64,000 bases of DNA from an uncultured Acidobacteriota bacterium. GTDB lineage: Bacteria > Acidobacteriota > Thermoanaerobaculia > Gp7-AA8. This document shows, in pieces, positions 18,814-28,760 of this stretch (within the stretch, counting starts at the first letter, position 1; each line of letters begins with the position of its first letter). Position numbers and translations under genes: made by a program. The stretch covers positions 1,280,001 to 1,344,000 of the forward strand of contig CAWGHO010000001.1 of NCBI GenBank assembly GCA_963822445.1, read 5' to 3'. The notes below the pieces were generated by a model. The model searched no databases. It saw only the letters and a list, made by a program, of their open reading frames with translations, and was not told the origin of the DNA.

Positions 18814-20181
18814 ATGACACCAGACGATCGCACTCCGCGTAAGCGGCGTCGCCGCAGACGCCGCGGGGGCAGTGCCGGGCCTGAAGGGCAACCTCAGGGC
18901 AACGGCAACGGCCCTTCACCAGGCAATGAAGCAGCTTCTTCCGGCCAGTACGGCGCCGGCGGAGGAGGACGTCGCCGGCGTCGCTCCCGCCGCGGGCGAG
19001 GCAGCGGCGAGGGTCGCGAAGGCGCCCGGCCGTCGCAGGACACCGGGAGCGTTCCGTTGCCGCTCGACATCGCCCCGGGCGAGCTCGTGCCGGCCAGAGG
19101 CGTTCTGTTCATCAAGCAGAACGGCACCGGCATTCTCGTCAAGCCGGAGAACAACTACTACACGATGCCGGGCGATCCGATCGTGCCGCGCTCGCTGGTG
19201 GAGAAGCTCCATCTGCAGGCCGGCCTCGAGATCAGCGGCTCGGCGCGCCGCGCCGGCAACAACCTCGAGTTCATCGGTCTCGAGTCCATCGAGGGGATGA
19301 CCGTCGAGGAGTATCGCGACTCGCGCCGTCCGTTCTCCGAGCTCATTTCCATCGATCCGAACGAAGTGTTCAAGCTCGAGACCGAGCCCGAGCGCCTCAC
19401 CACGCGCGTCCTCGATCTGCTATCCCCGCTCGGCAAAGGGCAGCGCTGCCTCATCGTCGCGCCGCCGAAAGCCGGCAAGACGACGCTCCTCAAGGACATC
19501 GCCCACGGCATCAACCTGAATCATCCCGACGTGATGCTCTTCGTGCTGCTCGTCGATGAGCGCCCCGAGGAAGTCACCGACTTCCGGCGCTCCGTGGAGC
19601 AGGGAGAAGTGGTGGCGTCGAGCTCCGACGAGACCGCGGAGAGCCACATTCACCTCGCCGAGATCATCCTCGAGCGCGCCCGCCGGCTGGTCGAGATCAA
19701 GAAGGACGTAGTCATCCTCTGCGACTCGATCACCCGCATGTCGCGCGCGTACAACAACGAGCAGCGCGGCTCGGGCAAGATCCTCTCCGGCGGCATCGAC
19801 GCCCGGACCATGGAAAAGCCGCGGCGCTTTTTCGGTGCTGCACGCAATGCCGAGGACTGGGGCTCGCTGACCATCATCGCCACGGCGCTGGTCGACACCG
19901 GCTCGCGCATGGACGAGGTCATCTTCCAGGAATTCAAAGGCACCGGGAACACCGAAATCGTGCTCGACCGCGGCCTTTTCGAGCGGCGGATCTTCCCGGC
20001 CATGAACATCGGCCAGACCGGCACGCGCAAGGAAGAAAAGCTTCTGCCGCCGACCGTTCTGCCGAAGATCCACATCCTCCGCCGGGCTCTGGCGGGGACC
20101 GATCCGCTCACGGCCATGAAGATGCTGCTCGAGAAACTCCAGAAGTACCCGTCGAACGAAGCGTTCCTCAAGAGCTTCTAA
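18814..20181 (+). CDS. rho: Transcription termination factor Rho with Arg/Gly-rich N-terminal extension
   Basis: PLGKGQRCLIVAPPKAGKT, LLVDERPEEVTD, DSITR, SGKILSGG, TALVDTGSRMDEVIFQEFKGTGN and GTRKEE. Confidence 0.97.
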   Translation: MTPDDRTPRKRRRRRRRGGSAGPEGQPQGNGNGPSPGNEAASSGQYGAGGGGRRRRRSRRGRGSGEGREGARPSQDTGSVPLPLDIAPGELVPARGVLFIKQNGTGILVKPENNYYTMPGDPIVPRSLVEKLHLQAGLEISGSARRAGNNLEFIGLESIEGMTVEEYRDSRRPFSELISIDPNEVFKLETEPERLTTRVLDLLSPLGKGQRCLIVAPPKAGKTTLLKDIAHGINLNHPDVMLFVLLVDERPEEVTDFRRSVEQGEVVASSSDETAESHIHLAEIILERARRLVEIKKDVVILCDSITRMSRAYNNEQRGSGKILSGGIDARTMEKPRRFFGAARNAEDWGSLTIIATALVDTGSRMDEVIFQEFKGTGNTEIVLDRGLFERRIFPAMNIGQTGTRKEEKLLPPTVLPKIHILRRALAGTDPLTAMKMLLEKLQKYPSNEAFLKSF

Positions 20182-20332
20182 CCCGGTTTTCGCAACCATA
20201 TTTTTGAACTTCTGTACACAAAATTGAAGTCCTTGACTTGGGTCGGGGACAGAATCACCATGCCTCACTACTTCCGCTCTAATTTGTGAGGGCGCGGTCC
20301 ACTTCAGCTTTCAAATCCTGTCAGGAGGATCT

Positions 20333-23300
20333 ATGTCCGTACCCCGTCGTCTAGTAGTTTTGATGATCGTGGGCTTGCTGGCGATTACGCCGGCCGCCTT
20401 TGCCCAGGTGACGACCGGCAGCATCGCCGGAACCGTTACTGCCGCGGGTGAAGCGCTGCCTGGCGTCACCGTCGAAGCAGTCCACGTCCCGACCGGCACG
20501 CGCTATGACGCCATCAGCGGCGCGAATGGCCGGTTCGTAATTGCGAACGTTCGCGTCGGCGGCCCGTACCGCGTGACGGCGACGCTGGAAGGCTTCCGAA
20601 CGTTCGAAGCCACCAACGTCACCGTGCCGCTCGGAGCCACCGCCGACGTCCCGGTGAATCTCGCGCTGGCCACCGTGTCCGAGGCCATCACCGTGACGGC
20701 CGAAGCGGACCCGCTGATCAACCCGAACCGCACCGGTGCGACGTCGACCGTCTCGACTGAAGAGATCGAGACGCTGCCGACGGTGAACCGCACGCTGCAG
20801 GACTTCGCCCGTACGAACCCGTACGTCAACGTCGACCCGCAGGACTTCTCGGCCACCCGCATGACCGTGGCCGGCAAGAACAACCGCTACAACTCGATTC
20901 AGATCGACGGCGCGGTCAACAACGATCTGTTCGGTCTCGCCGACACCGGTACGCCGGGCGGTCAGGCCGACGCGCTGGCGATCTCGCTCGACGCGATCCA
21001 GGAGATCCAGGTCGCGGTCTCGCCGTACGACGTCCGCCAGGGCGGCTTCACGGGCGGCGGCGTCAACGCCATCACCCGCTCGGGCACGAACGACCTGGCA
21101 GGATCGGTCTTCTATTCGAAGCGCGATCCGAAGTTCGTCGGCGAAGGCCCGAACAACAACCCCATCGCCGAGTTCTCGGCGGAGCAGTACGGCGGCCGCC
21201 TCGGCGGACGCATCCTCCGCGACAAGCTGTTCTTCTTCGTCAACGGCGAGCGCAGCGACCGCGCCGAGGATGACGACTACACGGCGCAGGATTACCGGCA
21301 GCCGGCGGACGTCCAGACTGTCGCCGATTTCCTCATGGACCGGTTCGACTACGATCCGGGCACACTCGGATCGATCGCGCGCACCAAGTACAGCAAGAAC
21401 CTCTTCGGCCGCATCGACTGGAACGTGAACAACTCCAACCAGTTCACGGTCCGCCACAACTACGTCGATGCCGCGAACGACGTCATCTCCGACCGCTTCG
21501 CGACCCGCTTCCGTTTCCCGAACTCGACGTACTTCTTCGCCGACGAGACCAATCAGACCGTCGCGCAGTTGAACAGCACGTTCGGCGCGGCCTATAACGA
21601 AGCCCGCGTCAACTACACCACCATCCGCGACCGCCGCGCCTCCCCGGGAGCTTTCCCCGGAATCGAGATCGGCGGCACGGGCCCGCGCAGCGCCGACATC
21701 ATCGCCGGCGCCGAGCAGTTCTCCACGGCGAACTCGCTCGACCAGGACATCCTCGAGATCACGGACGACTTCACGTTCATCCGCGGGTCCCACACCATCA
21801 CGGTCGGCACGCACAACGAGCTCTTCGAGTTCAACAACGTGTTCATGCCGAGCGCGTTCGGCCATTACTACTTCCCGACCCTCGCCGACTTCCTGGCGCT
21901 GAACCCATCGCAGTACTTCTACACATTTGCCGAAGGCGGTATCAACCCGTCGCAGTTCCAGGTCAACCAGCTCGGCGTCTACGCCAGCGACCAGTGGACC
22001 ATGCGGCCGAACCTCACGCTCACCTTCGGTCTGCGTGCGGACATGACCCAGTATCCCGACGCACCGAACTACAACCCCATCGTCGAGACGGCCGTCGGCT
22101 ACAAGACCTCGGCAACGCCGGATGAGAGCCCGACCATCTCCCCGCGCCTCGGCTTCAACTGGCAGATCAGCGACGGCCAGCAGCTGCGTGGCGGCGTCGG
22201 CATCTTCGCCGGCCGCACGCCTTATGTCTGGGTGTCCAACGCCTATGGCGGATCCGGCATCGGCCAGCTCTCGATCTCGTGCATCGAGACGACCAACCCC
22301 GCGACCAACTGCTCGCCGACGTTCGTCGCCGACCCGTTCAACCAGCCTACGAGCTTCCCGGCCGGCGGTGGTGCGTTCGAAACGTCGCTGACCGATCCCG
22401 ATTTCCAGGCCCCGCGTGTGTGGCGCGCCACTCTCGGCTATGACCGCGTGCTTCCGTTCGACATTCGCGCGACTGCCGAAGTGCTCTACTCGAAGAACAT
22501 CCAGGACGTGTACTACCAGAACCCCAACTACATCGACACCGGCACACCCAGCCCGATCGACGGACGCCCGGTGTATCGCCGCAAGAGCACCGCGCTCAGC
22601 AACGCCCTGCTGCTCACGAACACGGACAAGGGCGAGCAGCTCATGGGGTCGATCCAGTTCAACAAGGACTTCGGCCGCTTCTTCACGATGAGCGCTCAGT
22701 ACGCTCATCAGGATGCGACCTCCGCGTTCGACGGCGGATCTGCCACGGCGAGCTCGCAGTGGCGCTTCCACCACACCTCGGGCGACATCTACGAGCCCGA
22801 AGTCTCCCGCTCTGCTTACGAGACGAAACACCGCATCAACATTTCCGGCACGTTCAACTTCAACACCGGATTCCTGACCCACGGCCTCGGCCTTTACTAC
22901 AACGCCACTTCGGGCCGCCCGTACTCGCTGCTGTTCGGTACGGACGTCAACGGCGACGGCCAGAGCTCGAACGATCTGCTCTACATCCCGGGCAGCGCCG
23001 ACCAGATCATTCTCCAGAACGCCGCGGGCCAGGTCATCAGCTATGCCCGTCTCGAGGACTACCTCCGGTACGCCGGTCTGGACCCGTTCGCCGGCCGGGT
23101 GATGGATCGCTACGAAGCGTTCGAGCCGTGGACGCGCCAGCTCGATCTCCACTACGAGATCGGTCTGCCGCCCTTCTCCGGCGTGGCGACGATGCTGACC
23201 GCCGACGTTTCGAACATCCTGGCCATGGTCGACAGCGAGTACGGCAACGTGCGCTATGTCCCCAATCAGAACTTCAATCCGGTGACCTACCGCGGTATCG

Positions 23301-23428
23301 ACACCGCCACCGGAAAACCGATCTACCGGGAGCGCGCCGCCGGCTTGCTCGATCCGGGCAGCCAGTTCAGCCTGGCCACGGACCGCTCACGCTGGCAGGC
23401 CCGCCTCGGCGTGCGCGTCACCTTCTAA
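20333..23428 (+). CDS. TonB-dependent receptor, Oar-like
   Basis: Signal peptide, LPGVTVEAVHVPTG, plug SPYDVRQGGFTGGGVNAITRSGTN, SPRLGFNW, and C-terminal WQARLGVRVTF. Confidence 0.92.
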   Translation: MSVPRRLVVLMIVGLLAITPAAFAQVTTGSIAGTVTAAGEALPGVTVEAVHVPTGTRYDAISGANGRFVIANVRVGGPYRVTATLEGFRTFEATNVTVPLGATADVPVNLALATVSEAITVTAEADPLINPNRTGATSTVSTEEIETLPTVNRTLQDFARTNPYVNVDPQDFSATRMTVAGKNNRYNSIQIDGAVNNDLFGLADTGTPGGQADALAISLDAIQEIQVAVSPYDVRQGGFTGGGVNAITRSGTNDLAGSVFYSKRDPKFVGEGPNNNPIAEFSAEQYGGRLGGRILRDKLFFFVNGERSDRAEDDDYTAQDYRQPADVQTVADFLMDRFDYDPGTLGSIARTKYSKNLFGRIDWNVNNSNQFTVRHNYVDAANDVISDRFATRFRFPNSTYFFADETNQTVAQLNSTFGAAYNEARVNYTTIRDRRASPGAFPGIEIGGTGPRSADIIAGAEQFSTANSLDQDILEITDDFTFIRGSHTITVGTHNELFEFNNVFMPSAFGHYYFPTLADFLALNPSQYFYTFAEGGINPSQFQVNQLGVYASDQWTMRPNLTLTFGLRADMTQYPDAPNYNPIVETAVGYKTSATPDESPTISPRLGFNWQISDGQQLRGGVGIFAGRTPYVWVSNAYGGSGIGQLSISCIETTNPATNCSPTFVADPFNQPTSFPAGGGAFETSLTDPDFQAPRVWRATLGYDRVLPFDIRATAEVLYSKNIQDVYYQNPNYIDTGTPSPIDGRPVYRRKSTALSNALLLTNTDKGEQLMGSIQFNKDFGRFFTMSAQYAHQDATSAFDGGSATASSQWRFHHTSGDIYEPEVSRSAYETKHRINISGTFNFNTGFLTHGLGLYYNATSGRPYSLLFGTDVNGDGQSSNDLLYIPGSADQIILQNAAGQVISYARLEDYLRYAGLDPFAGRVMDRYEAFEPWTRQLDLHYEIGLPPFSGVATMLTADVSNILAMVDSEYGNVRYVPNQNFNPVTYRGIDTATGKPIYRERAAGLLDPGSQFSLATDRSRWQARLGVRVTF

Positions 23429-23446
23429 TACCAGTCTCAACGTGAT

Positions 23447-23488
23447 AAACGAGACGGCCACCCGCAACGGGTGGCCGTTTTCGTTTTC
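23447..23488 (+). terminator. Intrinsic terminator after the receptor gene
   Basis: Stem ACGGCCACCCG-CAA-CGGGTGGCCGT followed by TTTCGTTTT. Confidence 0.75.
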
Positions 23489-23498
23489 TGGAGGCTCG

Positions 23499-24326
23499 AT
23501 GAACCGGACTGTTTTCGTTCTCTCTCTTCTCCTCGCTTCGGCATGCACGACGACCACCACACCGCCCGCGTCGCAATGCAATGCCGGCCACACGCTGGTC
23601 AACGCGACGCTATGGGTTCAGAGCGCCGCCGAGTATCGCGCCTCGGCGCTGCAGACGTACGCGGCGGCAAAACAGCAACTCGACGCCGCGCTCGCTGATC
23701 GCACCTGGACCGGCGCCGAAGAAGAGAAGAATGAGGATGCGTCGCAGCCGCCGGCGGTGATCCTCGACCTCGACGAGACGACGCTCGACAACTCCGGCTT
23801 CGAGATCCGTGCGATCCGGCGGGGAATTACCTACGACAAGGCGCTGTGGCGCGAATGGGTGGCCGAGTCTGCGGCGGGCGCGGTTCCGGGCGCCGCGGAG
23901 TTTCTCGCTTACGCGCAGAGCCGCGGGGTCACTCCGTTTTACGTCACCAATCGCGACTTCGATCCCGAGCATCCCGGAACGCGCCGCAACCTCGAGCGCC
24001 TCGGATTTCCGCTGAGCGCGGACAACCTGCTGATGCGAGGCACGCGTCCGGAGTGGAAGAGCGACAAGTCCGGCCGCCGCGCGCACGTGGCCTCCACGCA
24101 TCGGGTGTTGATGCTCATCGGCGACGATCTCAACGACTTCATCAACGCGCGCGACAAATCGAAGGCGGAGCGCGACGCGATCATGGACCGCACCGCGAGC
24201 TGGTGGGGCACGCGCTGGTTCATGCTCCCCAATCCGATGTACGGATCATGGGAGAGCGCGGCCACGGGTGGCGGCGAGGGCACGCCGTGCGAACAGCTGC
24301 AGCGCAAGATCGACGCGCTGCGGTAA
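23499..24326 (+). CDS. Class C acid phosphatase / 5'-nucleotidase lipoprotein, e(P4) family (HAD)
   Basis: Lipobox LASAC, AVILDLDETTLDNS, FYVTNR, LIGDDLNDF and LPNPMYGSWE. GGAGG SD before ATG 23499. Confidence 0.9.
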   Translation: MNRTVFVLSLLLASACTTTTTPPASQCNAGHTLVNATLWVQSAAEYRASALQTYAAAKQQLDAALADRTWTGAEEEKNEDASQPPAVILDLDETTLDNSGFEIRAIRRGITYDKALWREWVAESAAGAVPGAAEFLAYAQSRGVTPFYVTNRDFDPEHPGTRRNLERLGFPLSADNLLMRGTRPEWKSDKSGRRAHVASTHRVLMLIGDDLNDFINARDKSKAERDAIMDRTASWWGTRWFMLPNPMYGSWESAATGGGEGTPCEQLQRKIDALR

Positions 24327-24327
24327 A

Positions 24328-24606
24328 ACAGCGCGGCGCAGGATGCGCCGCGCGATGCGAGCGAGACGCTCGCTCTACGTCGTATGGCGGCCGTCCCGGC
24401 CGCATCGCGCCGGGCGTCCCGCCCGGCGCTGACAGCGCGGCGCAGGATGCGCCGCGCGTTGCGAGCGAGACGCTCGCCCTACGTCGTACGGCGGCCGTCC
24501 CGGCCGCTCGCGCCGGGCGTCTCGCCCGGCGCTGAACAGCGCGGCGCAGGATGCGCCGCGCGATGCGAGCGAGACGCTCGCCCCCCTTTGCGAGCGGGAC
24601 GCTCGC
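24328..24606. repeat. Tandem array of about 2.5 copies of a 104-bp four-hairpin unit plus an extra hairpin
   Basis: ACAGCGCGGCGCAGGATGCGCC starts at 24328, 24432 and 24536 (period 104). Confidence 0.92.
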
Positions 24607-24635
24607 TCCCCTGTGCGCTATCCTTCCGCGATCCT

Positions 24636-27275
24636 TTGATCACCACAGGCTCCCGCCTCGGCCCATACGAGGTCACCGCGCAACTGGGCGCGGGCGGCAT
24701 GGGCGAAGTCTATCGAGCGCGTGACTCGCGCCTCGACCGCACGGTGGCCATCAAAGTCCTTCCCGCGCGGCTCTCCTCCGATCCACGTTTCCGCGAGCGA
24801 TTCGAGCGCGAAGCGAAAGCCATCTCCTCCCTCACCCACCCGCACATCTGCACGCTCTACGACGTCGGCTCGCAGGACGGCACCGACTACCTGGTGATGG
24901 AGTACCTCGAAGGCGAATCGCTCGCGGAGCGTCTCGCCAAAGGACCGTTGCCCATCGATCAGGTGATCCGCTACGGAACGGAAGTCGCCGAAGCATTGGA
25001 ACGGGCGCATCGCGCGGGCATCGTCCATCGCGACCTCAAGCCGGGCAACGTCGTCATCACCAAAGGCGGCGCAAAGCTCCTCGACTTCGGACTCGCGAAG
25101 TTCTCGCAGACCGGCCAGTCCGATCCGCACGCGGCCACCGCGGCGATGACGAGCGCGAAGCCACTCACCGAGGAAGGGACGGTGCTGGGGACGTTCCAGT
25201 ACATGGCGCCGGAACAGATCGAAGGCCGCGACGCCGACCCTCGAACGGACATCTTCGCCCTCGGCGTCCTGCTCTACGAAATGGCTACCGGCAAGCGCGC
25301 CTTCGAAGCAAAGACGCGCGCGAGTCTCATCGCCTCGATTCTCGATCGCGATCCGCCGCCGATCTCCGCGGTGCAACCGCTCACCCCTCCCGCGCTCGAG
25401 CGGGTGATCCGCATGTGCCTGCACAAGGATCCCGACGAGCGCTGGCAAAGCGCACACGACGTGGCCGCGGAGCTGAAGTGGATCGCTTCGACGTCCACCG
25501 AAACGATCGGTCCGGGCGTCAAGCGTCGCGCGCGGCGCTCGCTGCTGCGCAGTGCGGCGATTCTTCTCGTGGGTCTCGCGATCGGCGCGCTCGCGGCGTG
25601 GCTGCTCATGCGGCGCGAGACAGCGCCGATAAGACCCGCGCGCTTCACGATCGCCACCGCGCCGAACGCGCCGCTGAGTTTGAGGCTGAATTCCGTCGGC
25701 CTCTCGCCCGACGGAAACCACGTGGTCTATCGCGCGTCCGTCGGCAACGGGGGGGCAAAGCTCTATCTTCGTGCGATCGACACCCTGACCGCCGTCCCGA
25801 TCGCCGGAACCGACGGCGTCGGCTACTGGACGTTTTCGCCCGACGGGCGCTGGATCGGATTCATAACCGAGGTCGGGCTATGGAAAGTACCGCGCGAGGG
25901 CGGCACTCCGACGAAGCTATCCGACGAAACCGGCCTGGGCATGGCTTGGCACGGCGACACGATCGTCATCAACAAGTCTTTCAGCGGCGGACTGCACGCG
26001 ATGCCGGCCAGCGGCGGAGAGCTTCGGGAGATCGTCAAGAGCAACGCCGCGAATAAGGAAAACGCGATCGTCTGGCCCGACGTCCTCCCCGACGGCAAGC
26101 ATGTGATCGCCACGGTCTGGAGCGTCGGCGACTGGGACACGGCCAGGATCATCGCCTACTCGATGAAAGACGGCTCGTCGAAGGTCCTCATCGAAGGCGG
26201 CTACTTCGCGCGCTATTCGCCCACCGGTCACCTGCTGTTCATGCGCGGCAACAACCTGATGGCGGTCGCGTTCGATCCCAAAACACTCGTCGTGGGCTCC
26301 GCACCCGTGGCAGTCTTGAACGGTGTGGCGCACGGCACAGCCGACGGCGAGGCGCACTTCGCGGTCTCGGAAACGGGTCATCTCGTCTACGCACCGGGCG
26401 GCGCGACGCTGCCGAACGACCAGCTCGTCTGGATCGATCGCGATGGGAAGAGCGCGCCAATGGTCCCGACCCTCCGCCGTTACGGCAGCATCGACATCTC
26501 GCCCGACAGCCGGACCGCCGCGGTCACGATCGAGGAATCTACCTTCGACATCTGGCAGCTCGATCTCGAGCGCGACTCGCTGACCCGCGTGTCCCACGGC
26601 GGCGACGACCTCGAAGGCATCTGGACCGCCGACGGCAATCGCCTGATCTGGACGTCGAGCCGCTCGGGCAAGTACAACCTCCACTGGCGCGCCGCCGACA
26701 ACAGCACCGCGGAAGAGCGCATCGCACCCGCCGACGCACATCAGTTCGCACCATCGGTGACCGCGGACGGCAAATATCTCTTATTCGGCCAGATAGGCAA
26801 GAAAACGAAGATGGATCTCTGGCTCATGCCGTTCGAGACGCGCAAGGCCCAGCCGCTGATCGCGACGGAGTTCTCCGAAAACGAACCGGTGGTCTCCCCC
26901 GATGGACGCTGGCTCGCGTATGAATCCGACCAGTCGGGACGCGGCGAGATCTACATCACATCGTTCCCGAAACCGGCAGGCCATTGGCCCGTTTCGGTCG
27001 CTGGCGGAACATCACCCCGCTGGATGCCGGACGGCAGCGCGATCGTCTACGAGAAATCCAACAAATACTTCATCGTGCCGATCGAAACCGCCGGCCCACG
27101 GCCACGGCCAGGCAAACCGCGGTTGCTCTTCGAAGGGACCTACGACAACGAATACAGCATCGCTCGCGACGGCCGGATCGCCATCATCAAGGATGGCCCG
27201 CAGCCGACCGCGACACAGTTCAACATCGTGATGAATTGGGGTGAGGAACTGAAGCGCCGCGTCTCCGCGCGCTAA
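24636..27275 (+). CDS. Ser/Thr protein kinase with TM and TolB/PD40 beta-propeller
   Basis: GAGGMGEVYRA, HRDLKPGN, DFGLAK and YMAPEQ; a TM segment; repeated SPDGRW motifs. Start placed at TTG 24636 because the upstream ORF extension is repeat-derived. Confidence 0.9.
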   Translation: MITTGSRLGPYEVTAQLGAGGMGEVYRARDSRLDRTVAIKVLPARLSSDPRFRERFEREAKAISSLTHPHICTLYDVGSQDGTDYLVMEYLEGESLAERLAKGPLPIDQVIRYGTEVAEALERAHRAGIVHRDLKPGNVVITKGGAKLLDFGLAKFSQTGQSDPHAATAAMTSAKPLTEEGTVLGTFQYMAPEQIEGRDADPRTDIFALGVLLYEMATGKRAFEAKTRASLIASILDRDPPPISAVQPLTPPALERVIRMCLHKDPDERWQSAHDVAAELKWIASTSTETIGPGVKRRARRSLLRSAAILLVGLAIGALAAWLLMRRETAPIRPARFTIATAPNAPLSLRLNSVGLSPDGNHVVYRASVGNGGAKLYLRAIDTLTAVPIAGTDGVGYWTFSPDGRWIGFITEVGLWKVPREGGTPTKLSDETGLGMAWHGDTIVINKSFSGGLHAMPASGGELREIVKSNAANKENAIVWPDVLPDGKHVIATVWSVGDWDTARIIAYSMKDGSSKVLIEGGYFARYSPTGHLLFMRGNNLMAVAFDPKTLVVGSAPVAVLNGVAHGTADGEAHFAVSETGHLVYAPGGATLPNDQLVWIDRDGKSAPMVPTLRRYGSIDISPDSRTAAVTIEESTFDIWQLDLERDSLTRVSHGGDDLEGIWTADGNRLIWTSSRSGKYNLHWRAADNSTAEERIAPADAHQFAPSVTADGKYLLFGQIGKKTKMDLWLMPFETRKAQPLIATEFSENEPVVSPDGRWLAYESDQSGRGEIYITSFPKPAGHWPVSVAGGTSPRWMPDGSAIVYEKSNKYFIVPIETAGPRPRPGKPRLLFEGTYDNEYSIARDGRIAIIKDGPQPTATQFNIVMNWGEELKRRVSAR

Positions 27276-28643
27276 TTCACGACCGCGCCGACGAGATCGT
27301 ACGGATGCGCTTCCGTGATCTCGACGCGAGCGAACGCGGGCAATGATTTCGGCAGCAGATCGATCCCGTCGTTGATCAGCAGGCGGCCGTCGATCTCGGG
27401 AGCCTGGCCGACGAGGCGTCCTTCCAGCAGGTGCTCGGTCTCTTCGCAGACGCCGGTGATGATCGCGTCGAACGTCTGCCCAACCTTCGTCTCGTTGCGC
27501 GAGAGAGCGATCTTCTGCTGCAGTTCCATGAGCTTCGCGCGGCGTCGCTCGGCGGTCTTGCGCGTGGGGATGTCGGTCATGCGCGCGGAAAGCGTGTTGT
27601 CCTCGGTCGAGTAGACGAAGGCGCCCATGTTGTCGAACTGCGCCCACTCCACGAAGTCGTACAGCTCGCCGAAATCCTTCGGCGTCTCACCGGGGTGGCC
27701 GGTGATGAACGTCGTCCGCAAGGTGATGTCCGGCACGAGCTCGCGCATGCGCGTGACCATCTCCCGATACTCCTTCGGCGAGCCGGGACGGCGCATGCGG
27801 CCGAGGACGTTCGCGGAGACGTGCTGCAAGGGGATGTCGCAATACGAGGCGAACCGCGGCTCGCGTCCCATCAGCTCGAAGAGCGACCAGTCGAGCGAGC
27901 CCGGATAGGCATACAGAAAACGGATCCAGCGGAAATCGGTCTCGGCGAGCAGGGTCTCGACGAGCTTCGTAAGGCCGCCGGCGATGCCGATGTCTTCGCC
28001 GTAACGCGTCGTGTCCTGAGCGACGAGATTGAGCTCCTTCACGCCGGCCTGCTGCAGCGCCTGCGCTTCGCGAACGATGCCTTCGACTGATCGCGAGCGG
28101 AACTTGCCTCGCATCTGCGGAATCGCGCAGAACGTGCACGGATTCGAGCACCCCTCGGAGACCTTCAGATACGCGTGCGCGGTGCCCTGGGTGAGTACGC
28201 GCGGAAAGTCTTCATACAGCCGCTGCGACATCTTCCGCCGCGTCGGCGCGAGCTCGTCCGCGGACAGCCCGGTCACGGCCTGGGTGATCTTCTCGAGGTG
28301 ATCGAGCCCGACGAAGGCATCGATCTCGGGAATCGACTCCTGCAGATCGGTCCGGTACTTCTGAACCATGCAGCCGGTGACGATCAGCCGCTCCACGCCG
28401 TGGCCCTTGCGGTCTGGCGATCTCCAGAATCGTGTCGATCGACTCCTGCTTGGCCGCGTCGATGAACCCGCACGTGTTGACGATGACCACGTCCGCCTCT
28501 TCGAGGTCGTTCGTGATCTCCACATGCCCGGCATCCTGCTGCAACTGCCCGAGCATGATCTCGGCATCGACGAGATTCTTCGGGCAGCCGAGGGAGATCA
28601 TTCCCACTTTTCGGACGGACGGATCGGGTGTGACCACGGGCAT
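27272..28643 (-). CDS. rimO: Ribosomal protein S12 methylthiotransferase RimO; one frameshift near 28415
   Basis: [12 protein letters not shown] and [15 protein letters not shown], then LIVTGC, radical-SAM [17 protein letters not shown] and TRAM APEIDG. Confidence 0.92.
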
Positions 28644-28681
28644 GGATGGATGGCAACAGGCTGGGCCGCTGGGGTGTTCCC

Positions 28682-28760
28682 GTTGCGGGGTTACGGGGTT
28701 TCGGGGTTACGAGGAAGACAGCCACCTCGTAACCCCGAAACCTCGTAACCCCGTAACCCC
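28682..28760. repeat. Inverted array of G-rich octamer GTTDCGRG, copy 2
   Basis: 33-bp arms GTTGCGGGGTTACGGGGTTTCGGGGTTACGAGG / CCTCGTAACCCCGAAACCTCGTAACCCCGTAAC with two mismatches. Confidence 0.9.

Noticed and set aside
20205-20260. ACTTC-N13-GAAGT inverted repeat and TTGACT upstream of the second receptor
   Set aside because: The arms are only 5 bp and there is no well-spaced -10 element, so it is too weak to call.
934-23152. Very long antisense ORFs (934-2886, 6492-9305, 20351-23152; also 46816-48774 and 56682-58871)
   Set aside because: They mirror well-supported genes and carry no recognisable motifs, as expected from high-GC3 codon bias.
24328-24606. Tandem repeat array as a possible CRISPR
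   Set aside because: Whole 104-bp units repeat with no unique spacers, and no cas genes are present.
24384-24635. Arg/Ala-rich N-terminal extension of the TolB-kinase
   Set aside because: It is a translation of the repeat array; the kinase-like sequence begins at about 24636.
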